Shown: positions 37,235 to 49,231 of the stretch, piece by piece | Position numbering within the stretch: position 1 is the first letter of the stretch | Layout: every line of letters begins with the position of its first letter | Assembly: GCA_963747235.1 (NCBI GenBank) | Contig: CAVVEU010000008.1 | Span: forward strand, 707,433 to 771,432 | Length of the DNA: 64,000 bases | Reading direction: 5' to 3' | Source of the DNA: an uncultured Candidatus Rokubacteria bacterium | GTDB lineage: Bacteria > Methylomirabilota > Methylomirabilia > Rokubacteriales > CSP1-6 | Translations under genes and position numbers: made by a program | Notes under the pieces: model-generated | The model's database searches: none | Seen by the model: only the letters and a program-made list of their open reading frames with translations | Told to the model about the DNA's origin: nothing

Positions 37235-40200
37235 CTGAAACACGCCGACTTCGTCCATCTGCACGTCCACTCCGAGTACAGCCTGCTGGACGGCGCGGCC
37301 CGTCTCGAGAAGCTGGTCGATCGCGCCAAGGCCCTGAAGTTCCCGGCCCTGGCGCTCACCGACCACGGCAACCTCTTCGGCGCGGTGGACTTCTACACCG
37401 CCTGCGAGAAGGCGGGGGTGAAGCCGATCCTGGGCTGCGAGCTCTACGTGGCCCCGGGCAGCCGCTTCGAGCGCTCGAGCCAGGACGGCGGCTACGAGGG
37501 CGCGAGCCACTGCACGGTGCTGGCGCGCACCCGGGCGGGCTACGCCAACCTCATGAAGCTGGTCTCCAAGGCCTACCTCGAGGGCTACTACTACAAGCCG
37601 CGCGTGGACCGGGAGCTGCTGGCCCAGCACGCGGACGGGCTGCTCGTGCTCTCGGGCTGCCTCAACTCCGAGGTGAGCCGCCAGCTCTCGGCCGGGGACG
37701 AGGCCAAGGCGCTCCAGACCGCGGGCTGGTACCAGGAAGTCTTCGGCAAGGACTACTACTTCATGGAGGTCCAGTCGCACGGCCTCGAGCAGCAGGTGGC
37801 GGTGACCGAGGGCACCATCAAGATCGCCCGCGCCATCGGCGCCCCCCTCTGCGGCACCAACGACTCGCACTACCTCGAGGCCGAGCACTCGGTCGCCCAC
37901 GAGGCGCTGCTCTGCATCCAGACCGGCACCACCATGAGCGATCCGAACCGGTGGAAGTTCTCGAGCAACGAGTTCTACGTGAAGTCGGCCGACGAGATGC
38001 GCGCGGTCTTCAAGGATCTGCCCGAGGCCTACCGCAACACGCTGGCGGTGGCCGAGCGGTGCAACGTGGATCTCCAGTTCGGCCAGTTCCACCTGCCCAA
38101 GTACCAGGTGCCGGAGGGCTTCACGCTCGATTCGTATCTCGAGGAGCGCGCCTTCGAGGGCCTCAAGTGGCGCTACGGCGGATCGCCCTCCGACGCGGTG
38201 GTGGATCGGCTCCGCTACGAGCTGGGCGTGGTCTCCAAGATGGGCTTCTCCGGCTACTTCCTGGTCGTCTGGGACTTCATCAGCTACGCGCGCCGCCAGG
38301 GCATCGCGGTGGGGCCGGGCCGCGGCTCCTCGGCCGGCTCGCTGGTGGCCTACTGCCTCGCCATCACCAACGTGGACCCGATCCGCTACGGGCTGATCTT
38401 CGAGCGCTTCCTCAACCCCGAGCGGATCTCGATGCCGGACATGGACATCGACTTCGCGGACGACCGGCGTGACGAGGTCATCCGCTACGTGGTGGATCGC
38501 TACGGGGCCGACCGGGTGGCCCACATCATCACGTTCGGGACCATGGGAGCCAAGGCGGTCATCCGCGACGTGGCCCGCGTGCTCGGCTTCTCCTACGGCG
38601 AGGCCGACCGCATCGCCAAGCTGGTGCCCGGGTTCCCGCTCAACATCTCGCTCGACGAGGCGCTCGAGAAGGCCCCGCCGCTCGCCGAGCAGGTCAAGCG
38701 CGACCAGCGGGTGGGGGAGATGTGGGCGGTGGCCCGCGCGCTCGAGGGCTGCACCCGGCACGCCTCGGTGCACGCCTCCGCGGTGGTCATCTCGGACGAG
38801 CCCCTGATGGAGCGGGTGCCGCTCTACAAGGACCCCAAGCGGCCCGAGCTCATCACCGGCTACGCGATGGGGCCGATCGAGAAGCTCGGCCTGCTCAAGA
38901 TGGACTTCCTCGGGCTCAAGACCCTCACCGTGATCTCGGACGCCCTGCGCCTGCTCAAGGAGTCGCGCGGGATCGAGCTCGACGGCGACGCCCTGCCGCT
39001 CGATGACGCGCGGACCTATCAGCTCCTCACCGAGGCCCGCACCTTCGGGGTGTTCCAGCTGGAGTCGGCGGGCATGCGGGACGCGCTCAAGCGCCTCAAG
39101 CCGCAGCGCATCGAGGACATCATCGCGATGGTGGCCCTCTACCGCCCGGGCCCGATGGACCTGATCGAGGACTTCGTCAACCGCAAGCACGGGCGCGCCG
39201 CGATCTCCTACGAGCACCCCCTGATGGAGCCGGTGCTCCAGGAGACCTACGGGATCATGGTCTACCAGGAGCAGGTCATGCGGCTCGCCGCGGACCTGGC
39301 CGGCTTCTCGCTCGGCGAGGCCGACACCCTCCGCAAGGCGATGGGGAAGAAGGACCGCGAGCTGATGGCCACCCAGCGCGAGAAGTTCATCTCGGGCTGC
39401 AAGGTCAACAAGATCGACGCGAAGAAGGCCGAGCGCATCTGGGACCTCATCGAGAAGTTCGCGGGCTACGGCTTCAACAAGAGTCACGCCGCGTGCTACG
39501 GCGTCGTCGCGTACCAGACCGCGTATCTCAAGGCGAACTACCCGACCGAGTTCATGGCCGCGCTGCTGACCTCGGAAATGGAGAAGACGGACAAGATCGT
39601 CCTGTACGTGGAGGAGACGCGGGCGATGGGCCTGCGCGTGGAGCCGCCGGACGTCAACGTGTCCCGCTCCGACTTCACGGTGGCGGGGGAGGCGATCCAC
39701 TTCGGGCTGGCCGCGATCAAGAACGTGGGCGCCACCGCGATCGAGTCCATCGTGCGGACCCGTGAGGCGGACGGCCGCTTCACCGCCCTCGACGACTTCT
39801 GCGCCCGCGTCGACCTGCGCCTGGTGAACCGGAGGGTGGTCGAGTGCCTGATCAAGGCGGGCGCGTTCGACTCGCTGCAGAGCACGCGGGCCGGCCTCCT
39901 CGCCGCGCTGGACCAGGCGATGGACAGCGGCCAGCGCCAGCAGCGCGACCGCGAGGAAGGCCAGGTCTCGCTCTTCGACGTGCTGGGAGGCGGCGACGCC
40001 AGGCCGGCCGCGACGCCGGTCGCGGCGGCGGCCCGCGTGCCCGAGTGGCCGCAGGAGGAGATGCTGGCCTACGAGCGGGAGGTGCTGGGCTTCTACCTCT
40101 CGGGCCATCCGCTGGAGCAGCACCGGGAGATGGCGCGCCGGATCGGCGCGCTCAGCGCGGCCGATCTGGCCGCGCGCTCGACCGGCGCGCGCGTGCTCCT

Positions 40201-40753
40201 GCTGGGGCAGGTGAGCGCGTTCAGCGAGAGCACGACCAAGAGCGGCAACCGCATGGCGTTCGCCACGCTCGAGCTGGTGGACGGCAGCATTCCCCTGACG
40301 ATCTTCCCCGAGCCCTACCGGAGCTGCGCGGGGGCGCTCCGGCACAAGGGCCCGGTCATCGTGCGCGGCCGCGCGGACGACAGCGACAAGGGCCGCGTCG
40401 TGCTCGCGGAGGAGATCAAGCCCCTGGAGGAAGCGATGGGCAATCTGGCCCCGGCCGGCAACGGCCATGACAACGGCAACAGTGTCGGGAACGGCGGCGC
40501 CTCCGCGCACGCCTGCCGCATCCGGGTGAACGCGGCGGCCGAATCCCTGCCGGAGCTGCTCGCCTCGGTGAAGGCGGCCTGCCGCGAGCACGAGGGCCGC
40601 ACGCCGCTGTTCCTCCACGTGCTACTGCCGGAGCAGGAGGTCGTGTTGCGGATCAAGGAGCTCGCGGTGGATCCGGCGCCCGACCTGGTGACGAAAGTGG
40701 AAGGGCTGCTCGGAGCGGGCAGTATACTCGTGGAGTATGCCGGACGAGCTTGA
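37235..40753 (+). CDS. dnaE: DNA polymerase III alpha subunit (start probably non-canonical CTG)
   Basis: [15 protein letters not shown] lies upstream of the annotated ORF start; [22 protein letters not shown]; no intein seen. Confidence 0.97.
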   Translation: MKHADFVHLHVHSEYSLLDGAARLEKLVDRAKALKFPALALTDHGNLFGAVDFYTACEKAGVKPILGCELYVAPGSRFERSSQDGGYEGASHCTVLARTRAGYANLMKLVSKAYLEGYYYKPRVDRELLAQHADGLLVLSGCLNSEVSRQLSAGDEAKALQTAGWYQEVFGKDYYFMEVQSHGLEQQVAVTEGTIKIARAIGAPLCGTNDSHYLEAEHSVAHEALLCIQTGTTMSDPNRWKFSSNEFYVKSADEMRAVFKDLPEAYRNTLAVAERCNVDLQFGQFHLPKYQVPEGFTLDSYLEERAFEGLKWRYGGSPSDAVVDRLRYELGVVSKMGFSGYFLVVWDFISYARRQGIAVGPGRGSSAGSLVAYCLAITNVDPIRYGLIFERFLNPERISMPDMDIDFADDRRDEVIRYVVDRYGADRVAHIITFGTMGAKAVIRDVARVLGFSYGEADRIAKLVPGFPLNISLDEALEKAPPLAEQVKRDQRVGEMWAVARALEGCTRHASVHASAVVISDEPLMERVPLYKDPKRPELITGYAMGPIEKLGLLKMDFLGLKTLTVISDALRLLKESRGIELDGDALPLDDARTYQLLTEARTFGVFQLESAGMRDALKRLKPQRIEDIIAMVALYRPGPMDLIEDFVNRKHGRAAISYEHPLMEPVLQETYGIMVYQEQVMRLAADLAGFSLGEADTLRKAMGKKDRELMATQREKFISGCKVNKIDAKKAERIWDLIEKFAGYGFNKSHAACYGVVAYQTAYLKANYPTEFMAALLTSEMEKTDKIVLYVEETRAMGLRVEPPDVNVSRSDFTVAGEAIHFGLAAIKNVGATAIESIVRTREADGRFTALDDFCARVDLRLVNRRVVECLIKAGAFDSLQSTRAGLLAALDQAMDSGQRQQRDREEGQVSLFDVLGGGDARPAATPVAAAARVPEWPQEEMLAYEREVLGFYLSGHPLEQHREMARRIGALSAADLAARSTGARVLLLGQVSAFSESTTKSGNRMAFATLELVDGSIPLTIFPEPYRSCAGALRHKGPVIVRGRADDSDKGRVVLAEEIKPLEEAMGNLAPAGNGHDNGNSVGNGGASAHACRIRVNAAAESLPELLASVKAACREHEGRTPLFLHVLLPEQEVVLRIKELAVDPAPDLVTKVEGLLGAGSILVEYAGRA

Positions 40754-41690
40754 GTTCGAGAAGCCGCTCCTCGAGCTCGAGAATCGCATCGCGGAGCTAC
40801 GCGCCTCGGAAGAGCCGCTCGAGGCGCGCGACGAGATCGCGAAGCTCGAGGAACGGCTCGCCCGCCAGCAGCAGCGTGTCTACGCGGGCCTGACCGCCTG
40901 GCAGCGCGCCCAGATCGCCCGCCACCCCAAGCGCCCGCACACCCTCGATCTCATCGGCCTGCTGCTGGAGGACTGGGTCGAGCTGCACGGCGACCGTGTC
41001 TTCGGCGACGACAAGGCGATCGTGGGCGGGCTCGCCACCTTCGACGGCGAGCCGGTGGTGCTGATCGGCCACCAGAAGGGGCGCGACACGCGCGAGAACA
41101 TCGCGCGCAACTTCGGGATGCCGCATCCGGAGGGCTATCGCAAGGCGCTCCGTCTGATGCAGCTCGCCGGCAAGTTCGGCAAGCCCATCATCACGTTCAT
41201 CGACACGCCCGGCGCCTATCCCGGGCTCGGCGCCGAGGAGCGGGGGCAGGCCGAGGCGATCGCGCGCAACCTGCGGGAGATGGCGGGCCTGCCCACGCCG
41301 GTGATCTGCGTGGTGACCGGGGAAGGAGGCAGCGGCGGCGCCCTCGCCATCGGAGTCGGCAACCGCGTGCTGATGCTCGAGTACGCGATCTACTCGGTGA
41401 TCTCGCCCGAGGGCTGCGCGGCCATCCTGTGGGGCGATGCGGCCAAGGCCCCCGAGGCGGCCGAGCTGATGCGGGTGACCGCGCCCGATCTGCTGAAGCT
41501 GGGCGTCATCGACGCCATCGTCCCGGAGCCGGTCGGGGGCGCCCACCGGAACTGGGAGGCCACCGCGGCCAGCCTGCGGGCCGCCCTGCGCGATCAGCTC
41601 TGGCAGCTCAAGTCCAAGTCGGAGGCCGAGCTGATCGAGGAGCGCCACGAGAAGTTCCGGCGCATCGGTGTCTTCGAGGAGACGGTCTGA
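40737..41690 (+). CDS. accA: Acetyl-CoA carboxylase carboxyltransferase alpha
   Basis: [46 protein letters not shown]. Confidence 0.98.
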   Translation: MPDELEFEKPLLELENRIAELRASEEPLEARDEIAKLEERLARQQQRVYAGLTAWQRAQIARHPKRPHTLDLIGLLLEDWVELHGDRVFGDDKAIVGGLATFDGEPVVLIGHQKGRDTRENIARNFGMPHPEGYRKALRLMQLAGKFGKPIITFIDTPGAYPGLGAEERGQAEAIARNLREMAGLPTPVICVVTGEGGSGGALAIGVGNRVLMLEYAIYSVISPEGCAAILWGDAAKAPEAAELMRVTAPDLLKLGVIDAIVPEPVGGAHRNWEATAASLRAALRDQLWQLKSKSEAELIEERHEKFRRIGVFEETV

Positions 41691-41705
41691 CCCGTCCCCC
41701 GGAGT

Positions 41706-41734
41706 TTGACATGCCGGGGGGTGGGTGTTACCGT
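41706..41734 (+). promoter_or_regulatory. sigma70 promoter upstream of miaB
   Basis: TTGACA-N17-TACCGT with extended TG. Confidence 0.6.
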
Positions 41735-41784
41735 AAGTCCCGAACAATCATGCGGAATTTTCCCCCGCGACTGTTTCCGCTCTG

Positions 41785-43099
<1,315 letters not shown>

Positions 43100-43109
43100 G
43101 AGGCGCGCC

Positions 43110-43643
43110 ATGTGGCTGGAGATGAAAGTGAAGGGACTCGCGCTCGATCCGCTCTCCAACATGCCCATGATCATCCTCCGCGACGAGGAGGAGAAGCGCT
43201 CCCTGCCCATCTGGGTGGGCCTCTTCGAGGCCAACGCCATCGCGCTCGAGCTGGAGAAGATCTCCACGCCCCGGCCCATGACGCACGACCTGATCAAGAA
43301 CATCCTGGAGTCGCTCGACGCGCGGGTGCAGAAGATCGTGGTCAACGACCTGCGCGACAACACCTTCTACGCGGTCATCCACCTCCGCCTGGGCAGCGCC
43401 GACATCACGGTGGACTCGCGGCCGTCGGACGCGATCGCCCTCGCTCTGCGAGTAGGCGCGCCGATCTTCGTGGAAGAGGACGTCGTGCAGAAGGCCCGCA
43501 CCGTCGAGGTCGCCAAGGAGACCGAGATCGGCACCGGCAAGGGCGACGACCAGGCCAAGATCAAGGAATGGCTCGAGTCGCTCAAGCCAGGCGATTTCGA
43601 CCGGATCGAGCGCGGCAAGGACCCGAAGAGCCCGGACGAGTAG
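43110..43643 (+). CDS. Bifunctional nuclease family (DUF151)
   Basis: LPIWVGLFEA, RPMTHDL, DSRPSDAIALALR. Confidence 0.92.
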   Translation: MWLEMKVKGLALDPLSNMPMIILRDEEEKRSLPIWVGLFEANAIALELEKISTPRPMTHDLIKNILESLDARVQKIVVNDLRDNTFYAVIHLRLGSADITVDSRPSDAIALALRVGAPIFVEEDVVQKARTVEVAKETEIGTGKGDDQAKIKEWLESLKPGDFDRIERGKDPKSPDE

Positions 43644-43646
43644 TGG

Positions 43647-44795
43647 ATGCGGGTCGGGCTGTTCACCAACAACTATCTGCCGTTCCGTGGCGGAGTCGCG
43701 ACGGCCGTCGAGACCCTGCGGCAGGGGCTTGAGGCGCTCGGACACCGGACCTGGATCTTCGCGCCGGCGGCCCATCCGCCGCAGGCCGATCCGCCCCACG
43801 TCTTCCGCTACCCGTCGATTCCCGCCCCGACCTATCCGGGCTTCTCGCTGCCGCTGCCCGTCTCGCGGCGCCTCGGGCGGATCGCCCGCGCGCTCGACCT
43901 CGACGTCGTTCACGTCCACCATCCGTTCCTGCTCGGCCTGACCGGCCGGCGCCTGGCGCGAAGCCAGCGGCGCCCGCTCGTCTTCACCTACCACACGCGC
44001 TACGAGAAGTACGCGCACTACGTGCCGCTGCCGCCGCGGCTGGTGCGGAGCCTGGCGGTGCGCCTGGCGTGCCGCTTCGCCGACTCCGCCGACCTGGTGG
44101 TCGCGCCCTCCGAGCACGTGGCCGATACCTTGCGGCGGCGGGGGGTGACCGCGCCGGTCGCGGTGATCCCCACCGGCGTGGACCTGGATCTCTTCAGCCC
44201 GGCCAGCCGTGAGCGCGCCCGCCGTCGCCTCGGGCTGCCCGCCGACGGGCTGATCTGCCTCTACACCGGGCGCCTCGATCGCGAGAAGAGCCTGGAGCGC
44301 GTGCTCGACGCCTTCGAGTCGGTGGCCGCCGCGGTGTCTACCGCCACGCTGCACCTGGTGGGCAAGGGCAGCCACAGCGGAGCGCTCGAGAGCCGCGCGG
44401 CCGCGGGCCGGGCCGGGCGGCGCATCGTCTTTCACGGCGGGCTCGCGCGCGAGGCGCTACCCGACTACTACCGGGCCGCCGACCTGTTCCTCTTCGCGTC
44501 GGAGACGGAGACGCAGGGGCTCGTGCTGGCCGAGGCCCACGCCTGCGGGCTGCCCGCGGTGGCGGTGCGCGCCTCGGGCGTGGACGAGGTGGTGACCGAC
44601 GGCGAGACAGGGATCCTCACCAAGGCGGAGACCGGGGAGATGGCCGACGCGGCCATCGGGCTCCTGCTGGACGCCGGGCGGCGCGCGAGCATGGGCCAGG
44701 CGGCGCGGCGGCTCGTGGAGGCGCGCTTCGCGGCGCCCCGCCAGACCGCGGCCATGGTCGCGCACTACGAAGCGCTGCTGGCCCGCCGGTCCTGA
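43647..44795 (+). CDS. GT4 glycosyltransferase (diacylglycerol glucosyltransferase-like)
   Basis: GGVATAV, HHPF, TYHTRY, GRLDREK, SETETQGLVLAEA. Confidence 0.9.
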   Translation: MRVGLFTNNYLPFRGGVATAVETLRQGLEALGHRTWIFAPAAHPPQADPPHVFRYPSIPAPTYPGFSLPLPVSRRLGRIARALDLDVVHVHHPFLLGLTGRRLARSQRRPLVFTYHTRYEKYAHYVPLPPRLVRSLAVRLACRFADSADLVVAPSEHVADTLRRRGVTAPVAVIPTGVDLDLFSPASRERARRRLGLPADGLICLYTGRLDREKSLERVLDAFESVAAAVSTATLHLVGKGSHSGALESRAAAGRAGRRIVFHGGLAREALPDYYRAADLFLFASETETQGLVLAEAHACGLPAVAVRASGVDEVVTDGETGILTKAETGEMADAAIGLLLDAGRRASMGQAARRLVEARFAAPRQTAAMVAHYEALLARRS

Positions 44796-45064
44796 TGGCG
44801 GTCCCGTCGGTCGGCCGCACCCTGCGGGTGGGATTCCAGGCCGACTGGGATCCGCACACCGCCGGGCCCGGCCACCACGGGCTGCTCTCGTGGGATCCGC
44901 GGGTGCGGACGCTGCTGCGCGTGCTCGTGTCCTACCCGGAGGTGCGGTACATCCTGCCGGACCGCATCAGCCTCGAATCCTCCGCCGATCCGCGCACGCT
45001 CGAGACCATGGCCCGCTTCCTCGAGCGCCAGGGCTGGCTGGTGCGCCGCGTCGCGGTGAGCTGA
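44795..45064 (+). CDS. Hypothetical protein
   Basis: Start overlaps the GT4 stop (TGATG); coding-like codon use. Confidence 0.65.
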   Translation: MAVPSVGRTLRVGFQADWDPHTAGPGHHGLLSWDPRVRTLLRVLVSYPEVRYILPDRISLESSADPRTLETMARFLERQGWLVRRVAVS

Positions 45065-45082
45065 GCGCCCCGGCGTGAATCC

Positions 45083-46394
45083 ATGATCTGGGACCGCGCG
45101 GCCGAGACCGCGTCCCGTCCCGCGATGCGGGCGCTCCAGGACGAGCGGCTGCGGGCGACCGTCGCCCGCGCCCGCGCGCGCGTGCCGTTCTATCGCGACG
45201 CGCTCGCCGCGGCCGGGGTCAAGGACGAGGCGGTGACGCTCGACCGCCTCGCCGAGCTGCCCTTCACGGTGAAGGAGGACCTGCGCCGGCACTACCCGTT
45301 CGGCCTCTTCGCGGTGCCGCGTGAGGAGGTCATCCGCATCCACGCGTCCTCGGGCACCAAGGGCAAGCCCACCGTGGTGGGCTACACCAGGAACGATCTC
45401 CGTATCTGGAGAGAGGTCATGGCGCGGGCGCTCGCCGCGGCGGGGGCCGAGCCCGGCCAGCTCATCCAGATCGCCTACGGCTACGGCCTCTTCACCGGGG
45501 GCCTGGGCTTCCACGACGGGGCCGAGCACATGGGTCTCACCGTGGTGCCGGTCTCCTCGGGCAACACGCTCCGCCAGATGCTCCTGCTCCAGGACTTCCA
45601 CCCGCAGGGCCTGGCCTGCACGCCGTCCTTCGCCCTCTACATCGGCGAGAGCCTGCGCGAGCAGGGGACCGACCCGCGCGCGATCGGCCTGGCGTACGGG
45701 CTCTTCGGCGCGGAGCCGTGGACCGAGGCGATGCGCGCGCAGCTCGAGGCGCTCTGGGGCGTGCCCGGCGGTGGATTTCTACGGCCTCAGCGAGATCATC
45801 GGCCCCGGAGTGGCGGGCGAGTGCGTGGAGGCCCGCGAGGGCCTGCATGTGAACGAAGACCACTTCCTGCCCGAGATCGTCGACCCGCGGACCGGGGCGC
45901 CGCTGCCCGCCGGGCAGGAGGGCGAGCTGGTGCTGACCGGACTCACCAAGGAGGCGCTGCCGATGCTCCGCTACCGCACCGGCGACGTCACCCGGCTCGA
46001 CCCCGCCCCCTGCCGCTGCGGGCGAACCACCGTGCGGATGGCTCGCGTCAAGGGGCGCACCGACGATATGCTGATCATCAAGGGGGTCAACGTGTATCCC
46101 TCCCAGCTCGAGGCGGCGCTCCTGACGGTGGCGGACCTGGCCCCGCACTACCAGCTCGTGGTGGACCGGCGGGAGGCGTTCCCGACGCTCGCGGTGACGG
46201 TGGAGCCGGACGAGCGCGTGGTGCGCGAGTGGGGCGGGTTCGAGGCCGCGCCGGCCCGGCTGGCCGCGCTGTCCGCGCAGGTGTCGGCGTGCCTGCGCGG
46301 CCACCTCGGGCTGAACCCGGAGATCGCGGTCGTGGCACCGAGGACCATCCCGCGCAGCGAGGGCAAGGCGGTGCGGGTCGTGGAAAGGAGATAG
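45083..46394 (+). CDS. paaK: Phenylacetate--CoA ligase (+1 frameshift near 45765)
   Basis: HASSGTKGKPT, YGYGLFTGGLG, YGLSEIIGPGV, RYRTGD, GRTDDMLII. Confidence 0.93.
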
Positions 46395-46396
46395 TC

Positions 46397-47221
46397 ATGG
46401 CGGAGCGCGACGAAGTCCGGCTGCTGGCCCGCATCGAGGCGGGGGAGCGTATCGAGTCCCCCGACGAGATGACGGACGCCTACCGCGAGAACCTCATCCA
46501 CCTCATGACCATGCAGGCCGACTCTGAGCTGGCGGGCGGCTACGGCTACGTGCCGTGGATCACGAGGGCGCCCGGCGTGGAGGAGAAGCACGTGGTCGCC
46601 CAGATCGTGAAGGACGAGCTCCGCCACGCCACCGTCATGTACGGCCTCCTCGCCGACCTGGGGGTGGACGTGGACGCGCACGTGCGGGCGCACGACGAGG
46701 CCTTCACGATGCGGGTGGCCGACGACGCCGATATCGGCACCGCGCGCATCACCGCCGACAAGCGGGTCAACATCTTCTACTACCCGATCGACACCTGGGC
46801 CGACTTCACCTTCTTCAACTTCTGCATGGATCGCGGCGCGGGCCACCAGCTCGAGGACGTGCGCACGTGCTCCTACGGGCCCTGGGTGCGCGCGATCGAG
46901 GGAATCTTCAAGGAGGAGAAGTTCCACATCCGTCACGGCGAGTTCTGGGTGAAGCGCCTCGCCGAGGACCCCAAGACCCGCGACGAGGCCCAGGCCACGC
47001 TCAACAAGTGGTACATCCGCACCATGAACATCTTCGGCCGCCCCGGCTCGCCCAAGAACGTGCTCTACCGCAAGTACCGGCTCAAGCTGCGCGACAACGA
47101 CGAGGTCCGCCAGACCTTCGCCCGGGAGGTCGCCGAGAAGGCGGGGGCGGTGGGGCTCACCCTGCCCGAGTGGAACCCGGTCTGGGACCGCCTGCCCGAA
47201 GAGGCGCAGATCCCCGGGTGA
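46397..47221 (+). CDS. PaaA/PaaC-family ferritin-like diiron protein (phenylacetyl-CoA epoxidase subunit-like)
   Basis: IEAGERIES...YRENL, QADSE, RAP...KDELRH, CSYGPW, EEKFH. Confidence 0.8.
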   Translation: MAERDEVRLLARIEAGERIESPDEMTDAYRENLIHLMTMQADSELAGGYGYVPWITRAPGVEEKHVVAQIVKDELRHATVMYGLLADLGVDVDAHVRAHDEAFTMRVADDADIGTARITADKRVNIFYYPIDTWADFTFFNFCMDRGAGHQLEDVRTCSYGPWVRAIEGIFKEEKFHIRHGEFWVKRLAEDPKTRDEAQATLNKWYIRTMNIFGRPGSPKNVLYRKYRLKLRDNDEVRQTFAREVAEKAGAVGLTLPEWNPVWDRLPEEAQIPG

Positions 47222-47883
47222 ACTCGGTGAGCCGGCTTCTCGTCATCGTGCTGGCGCTGGTGGCGCTGCCCGTCGCCGCGCGCGTCGAGGCACAGAGCAA
47301 CCGCAACGTGAAGGTGCTGCTGGAGTTCAAGCAGCAGACCCAGGGCAGCCGCCAGGGCGTGCAGGGGCAGGGGGGCATCGTGGTGCAGCAGGAGCGCCGC
47401 GGCGACCCACGGGTCCGTGGCCGGGGTGGTCTCGCGGTGGAGGACACCACCACGCGCGTCAGCCGCTCCTCCGGCCTCTTCACCGTGGTGCAGGACGGTG
47501 GCGCCGGCTCGATCATGGTCGCGCAGGACGTCCCGTACCAGCAGATGGCCTACTACTACGACTACGCGACCGGCAAGGGCCACGTCGCCCAGGGGGTTGC
47601 GTGGCAGCGGGTGGGCACCGCGCTCGCGGTGCGCCCGGTGATCCTCCCCGGCAACAAGGTCCGGGTCACCCTGACACCGGTGATCAGCTACTTCACGCCC
47701 GGGGGCGGCGGGACGATCGAGGTCGTGGAGGCGGCGACCGAGCTGATCGTGCCCAGCGGCGGGCGGATGCAGATCGGCGGCACCACCGGCAGCCTCCACG
47801 CGATCACGCGGCAGATCCTCGGCTATGGCTCCCAGCAATCCTCGGAAGAGACGGCGCTGACCCTCACCGCGACCATCCAGTGA
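47218..47883 (+). CDS. Hypothetical exported beta-rich protein (weak resemblance to secretin C-terminal region)
   Basis: GTG overlaps the upstream stop; signal peptide ending VEA; VQDG...I.V...VPY and VRP....VRVTL patterns. Confidence 0.6.
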   Translation: MNSVSRLLVIVLALVALPVAARVEAQSNRNVKVLLEFKQQTQGSRQGVQGQGGIVVQQERRGDPRVRGRGGLAVEDTTTRVSRSSGLFTVVQDGGAGSIMVAQDVPYQQMAYYYDYATGKGHVAQGVAWQRVGTALAVRPVILPGNKVRVTLTPVISYFTPGGGGTIEVVEAATELIVPSGGRMQIGGTTGSLHAITRQILGYGSQQSSEETALTLTATIQ

Positions 47884-48821
47884 CTCGCTACACCGGCAAC
47901 GGCGCCTACTGCTATGCCAACAGCGTCTACATGGCGCTGCGCGAGTCGGGCGCCGCCGCCGCGGAGCTGCCCGAGCCCGGCTTCATCGAGTGCCTGACCA
48001 CGATGCCCTTCGGCACGCTCTACCTGCGGGTCGGGCGCGACCTGCTCGTGTACTTCAGCTCGCCGCTCGCCACGCCGGACCAGGGGATCACCACCGCGCT
48101 GGACGCCCTCGGGTGGAAGTGTCGCGAGGAGCGCGACGGCACGCCCGAGGCCGCGCTGGCCCGGCTGGCCGAGGCGGCCGGGCGCGGGCCGGTCCTGGCG
48201 GGACCGCTCGACATGGGCGGGCTCGGCTACATGCCGCATCACGCGCAGCTCTCGGGCAGCGATCACTTCGTGGTGGTGCTGGGGGTCGAGAGCGATCGGG
48301 TGCGCATGCACGATCCCGAGGGGTACCCGTACGCGACGCTGCCGACCGCCGAGTTCCTGCGCGCGTGGAAGGCCGATCGCGTGCGCTATGCCCAGGTGCC
48401 GTACACGATGCGCACCGGCTTCCGCCAGGTGCGCCACCCGGCGCGGGAGGAGATGATCGCGCGCACCCTCTCCGTGGTGCGCACCAACCTGGCGGCCGAC
48501 CCGGGGGGACCGGACCAGTACGGCGGGCCGCGGGCCTTCCGCCTGCTGGCCTCGGACCTGCGGGGCGCGGCGTCCAAGCGGCTGGCCGGGCACCTGATCT
48601 ACTTCGCGTTCCCGCTGGCCGCCCGGCGCAGCCATGACGCCGCCGCGTTCCTCCGAGAAGGCGGGCGCGCCGCGGCCGCCGGCCTGTTCGAGCGCAAGGC
48701 GCGGTGCTTCGGCGAGGCCCAGTACGCGGCCGTGCAGGAGCACTGGGAGGAGACCGCCGGCCTGCTCGAGTCCATCGCGGAGCTCGAGGAAGGCCTGATC
48801 CACGCGCTCAGCCCGGCTTGA
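47880..48821 (+). CDS. Hypothetical protein with papain-like (C39/BtrH-like) Cys-His-Asp motifs
   Basis: YCYANS near the N-terminus, DHFVVVLG, HDPEGYP. Confidence 0.6.
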   Translation: MTRYTGNGAYCYANSVYMALRESGAAAAELPEPGFIECLTTMPFGTLYLRVGRDLLVYFSSPLATPDQGITTALDALGWKCREERDGTPEAALARLAEAAGRGPVLAGPLDMGGLGYMPHHAQLSGSDHFVVVLGVESDRVRMHDPEGYPYATLPTAEFLRAWKADRVRYAQVPYTMRTGFRQVRHPAREEMIARTLSVVRTNLAADPGGPDQYGGPRAFRLLASDLRGAASKRLAGHLIYFAFPLAARRSHDAAAFLREGGRAAAAGLFERKARCFGEAQYAAVQEHWEETAGLLESIAELEEGLIHALSPA

Positions 48822-49146
48822 AGTAGCGCTCGAGCGGCACGTCGTCGACCCGCACCAGGAGCGCTTTCCGGACGATCTCCCGACGGAGCGGACCCAGCGC
48901 GGCCATCTCCGGATCCCGCCGCACGGCGTCCAGGCCCTCCGCCGTCTCGAACCGCACCAGATGCATCTCGTCCGGTTCGTCGGCGTCCGGTTGTCCGGCG
49001 GGCGCGCGCACCGGGCTCAGGATTCGCTCGAACCGGCCCCCGTGCCGGCGGAAGACGGGCAGGGCCAGGTTCTCGTATCGGCGCAGAGCGTCCCGCTGGC
49101 CGGGGTGGAGATAGATGAGCGCCAGGTAGAGAACGCCGCCGATCAT
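48808..49146 (-). CDS. DUF1330-like dimeric alpha/beta barrel protein
   Basis: YENLALPVFRRHGGRF, PDEMHLVRF, RRDPE...PLR. Confidence 0.65.
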   Translation of the reverse strand: MIGGVLYLALIYLHPGQRDALRRYENLALPVFRRHGGRFERILSPVRAPAGQPDADEPDEMHLVRFETAEGLDAVRRDPEMAALGPLRREIVRKALLVRVDDVPLERYFKPG

Positions 49147-49160
49147 GCGGGCCGAACGAG

Positions 49161-49188
49161 ACTTAACATAATGTTGCTTATCAGACTA
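49161..49188. other. dif-like XerC/XerD recombination site
   Basis: Minus strand reads TAGTCTGATAA-GCAACA-TTATGTTAAGT (11-6-11); right arm matches the E. coli XerD arm TTATGTTAAAT at 10/11; intergenic AT-rich island. Confidence 0.88.
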
Positions 49189-49231
49189 TGACGAGCCCGC
49201 GACGGCGATGGGGTCGTGCCTGAGGATCGGG

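Noticed and set aside
40435-40510. Intein or mobile insert in dnaE ([14 protein letters not shown])
   Set aside because: A short low-complexity linker after the OB fold, with no intein motifs.
45083-47221. PaaK-PaaA fusion protein (712-aa ORF)
   Set aside because: An artefact of the +1 error: PaaK ends at 46394, and the PaaA-like gene has its own SD (AAAGGAG) and ATG at 46397.
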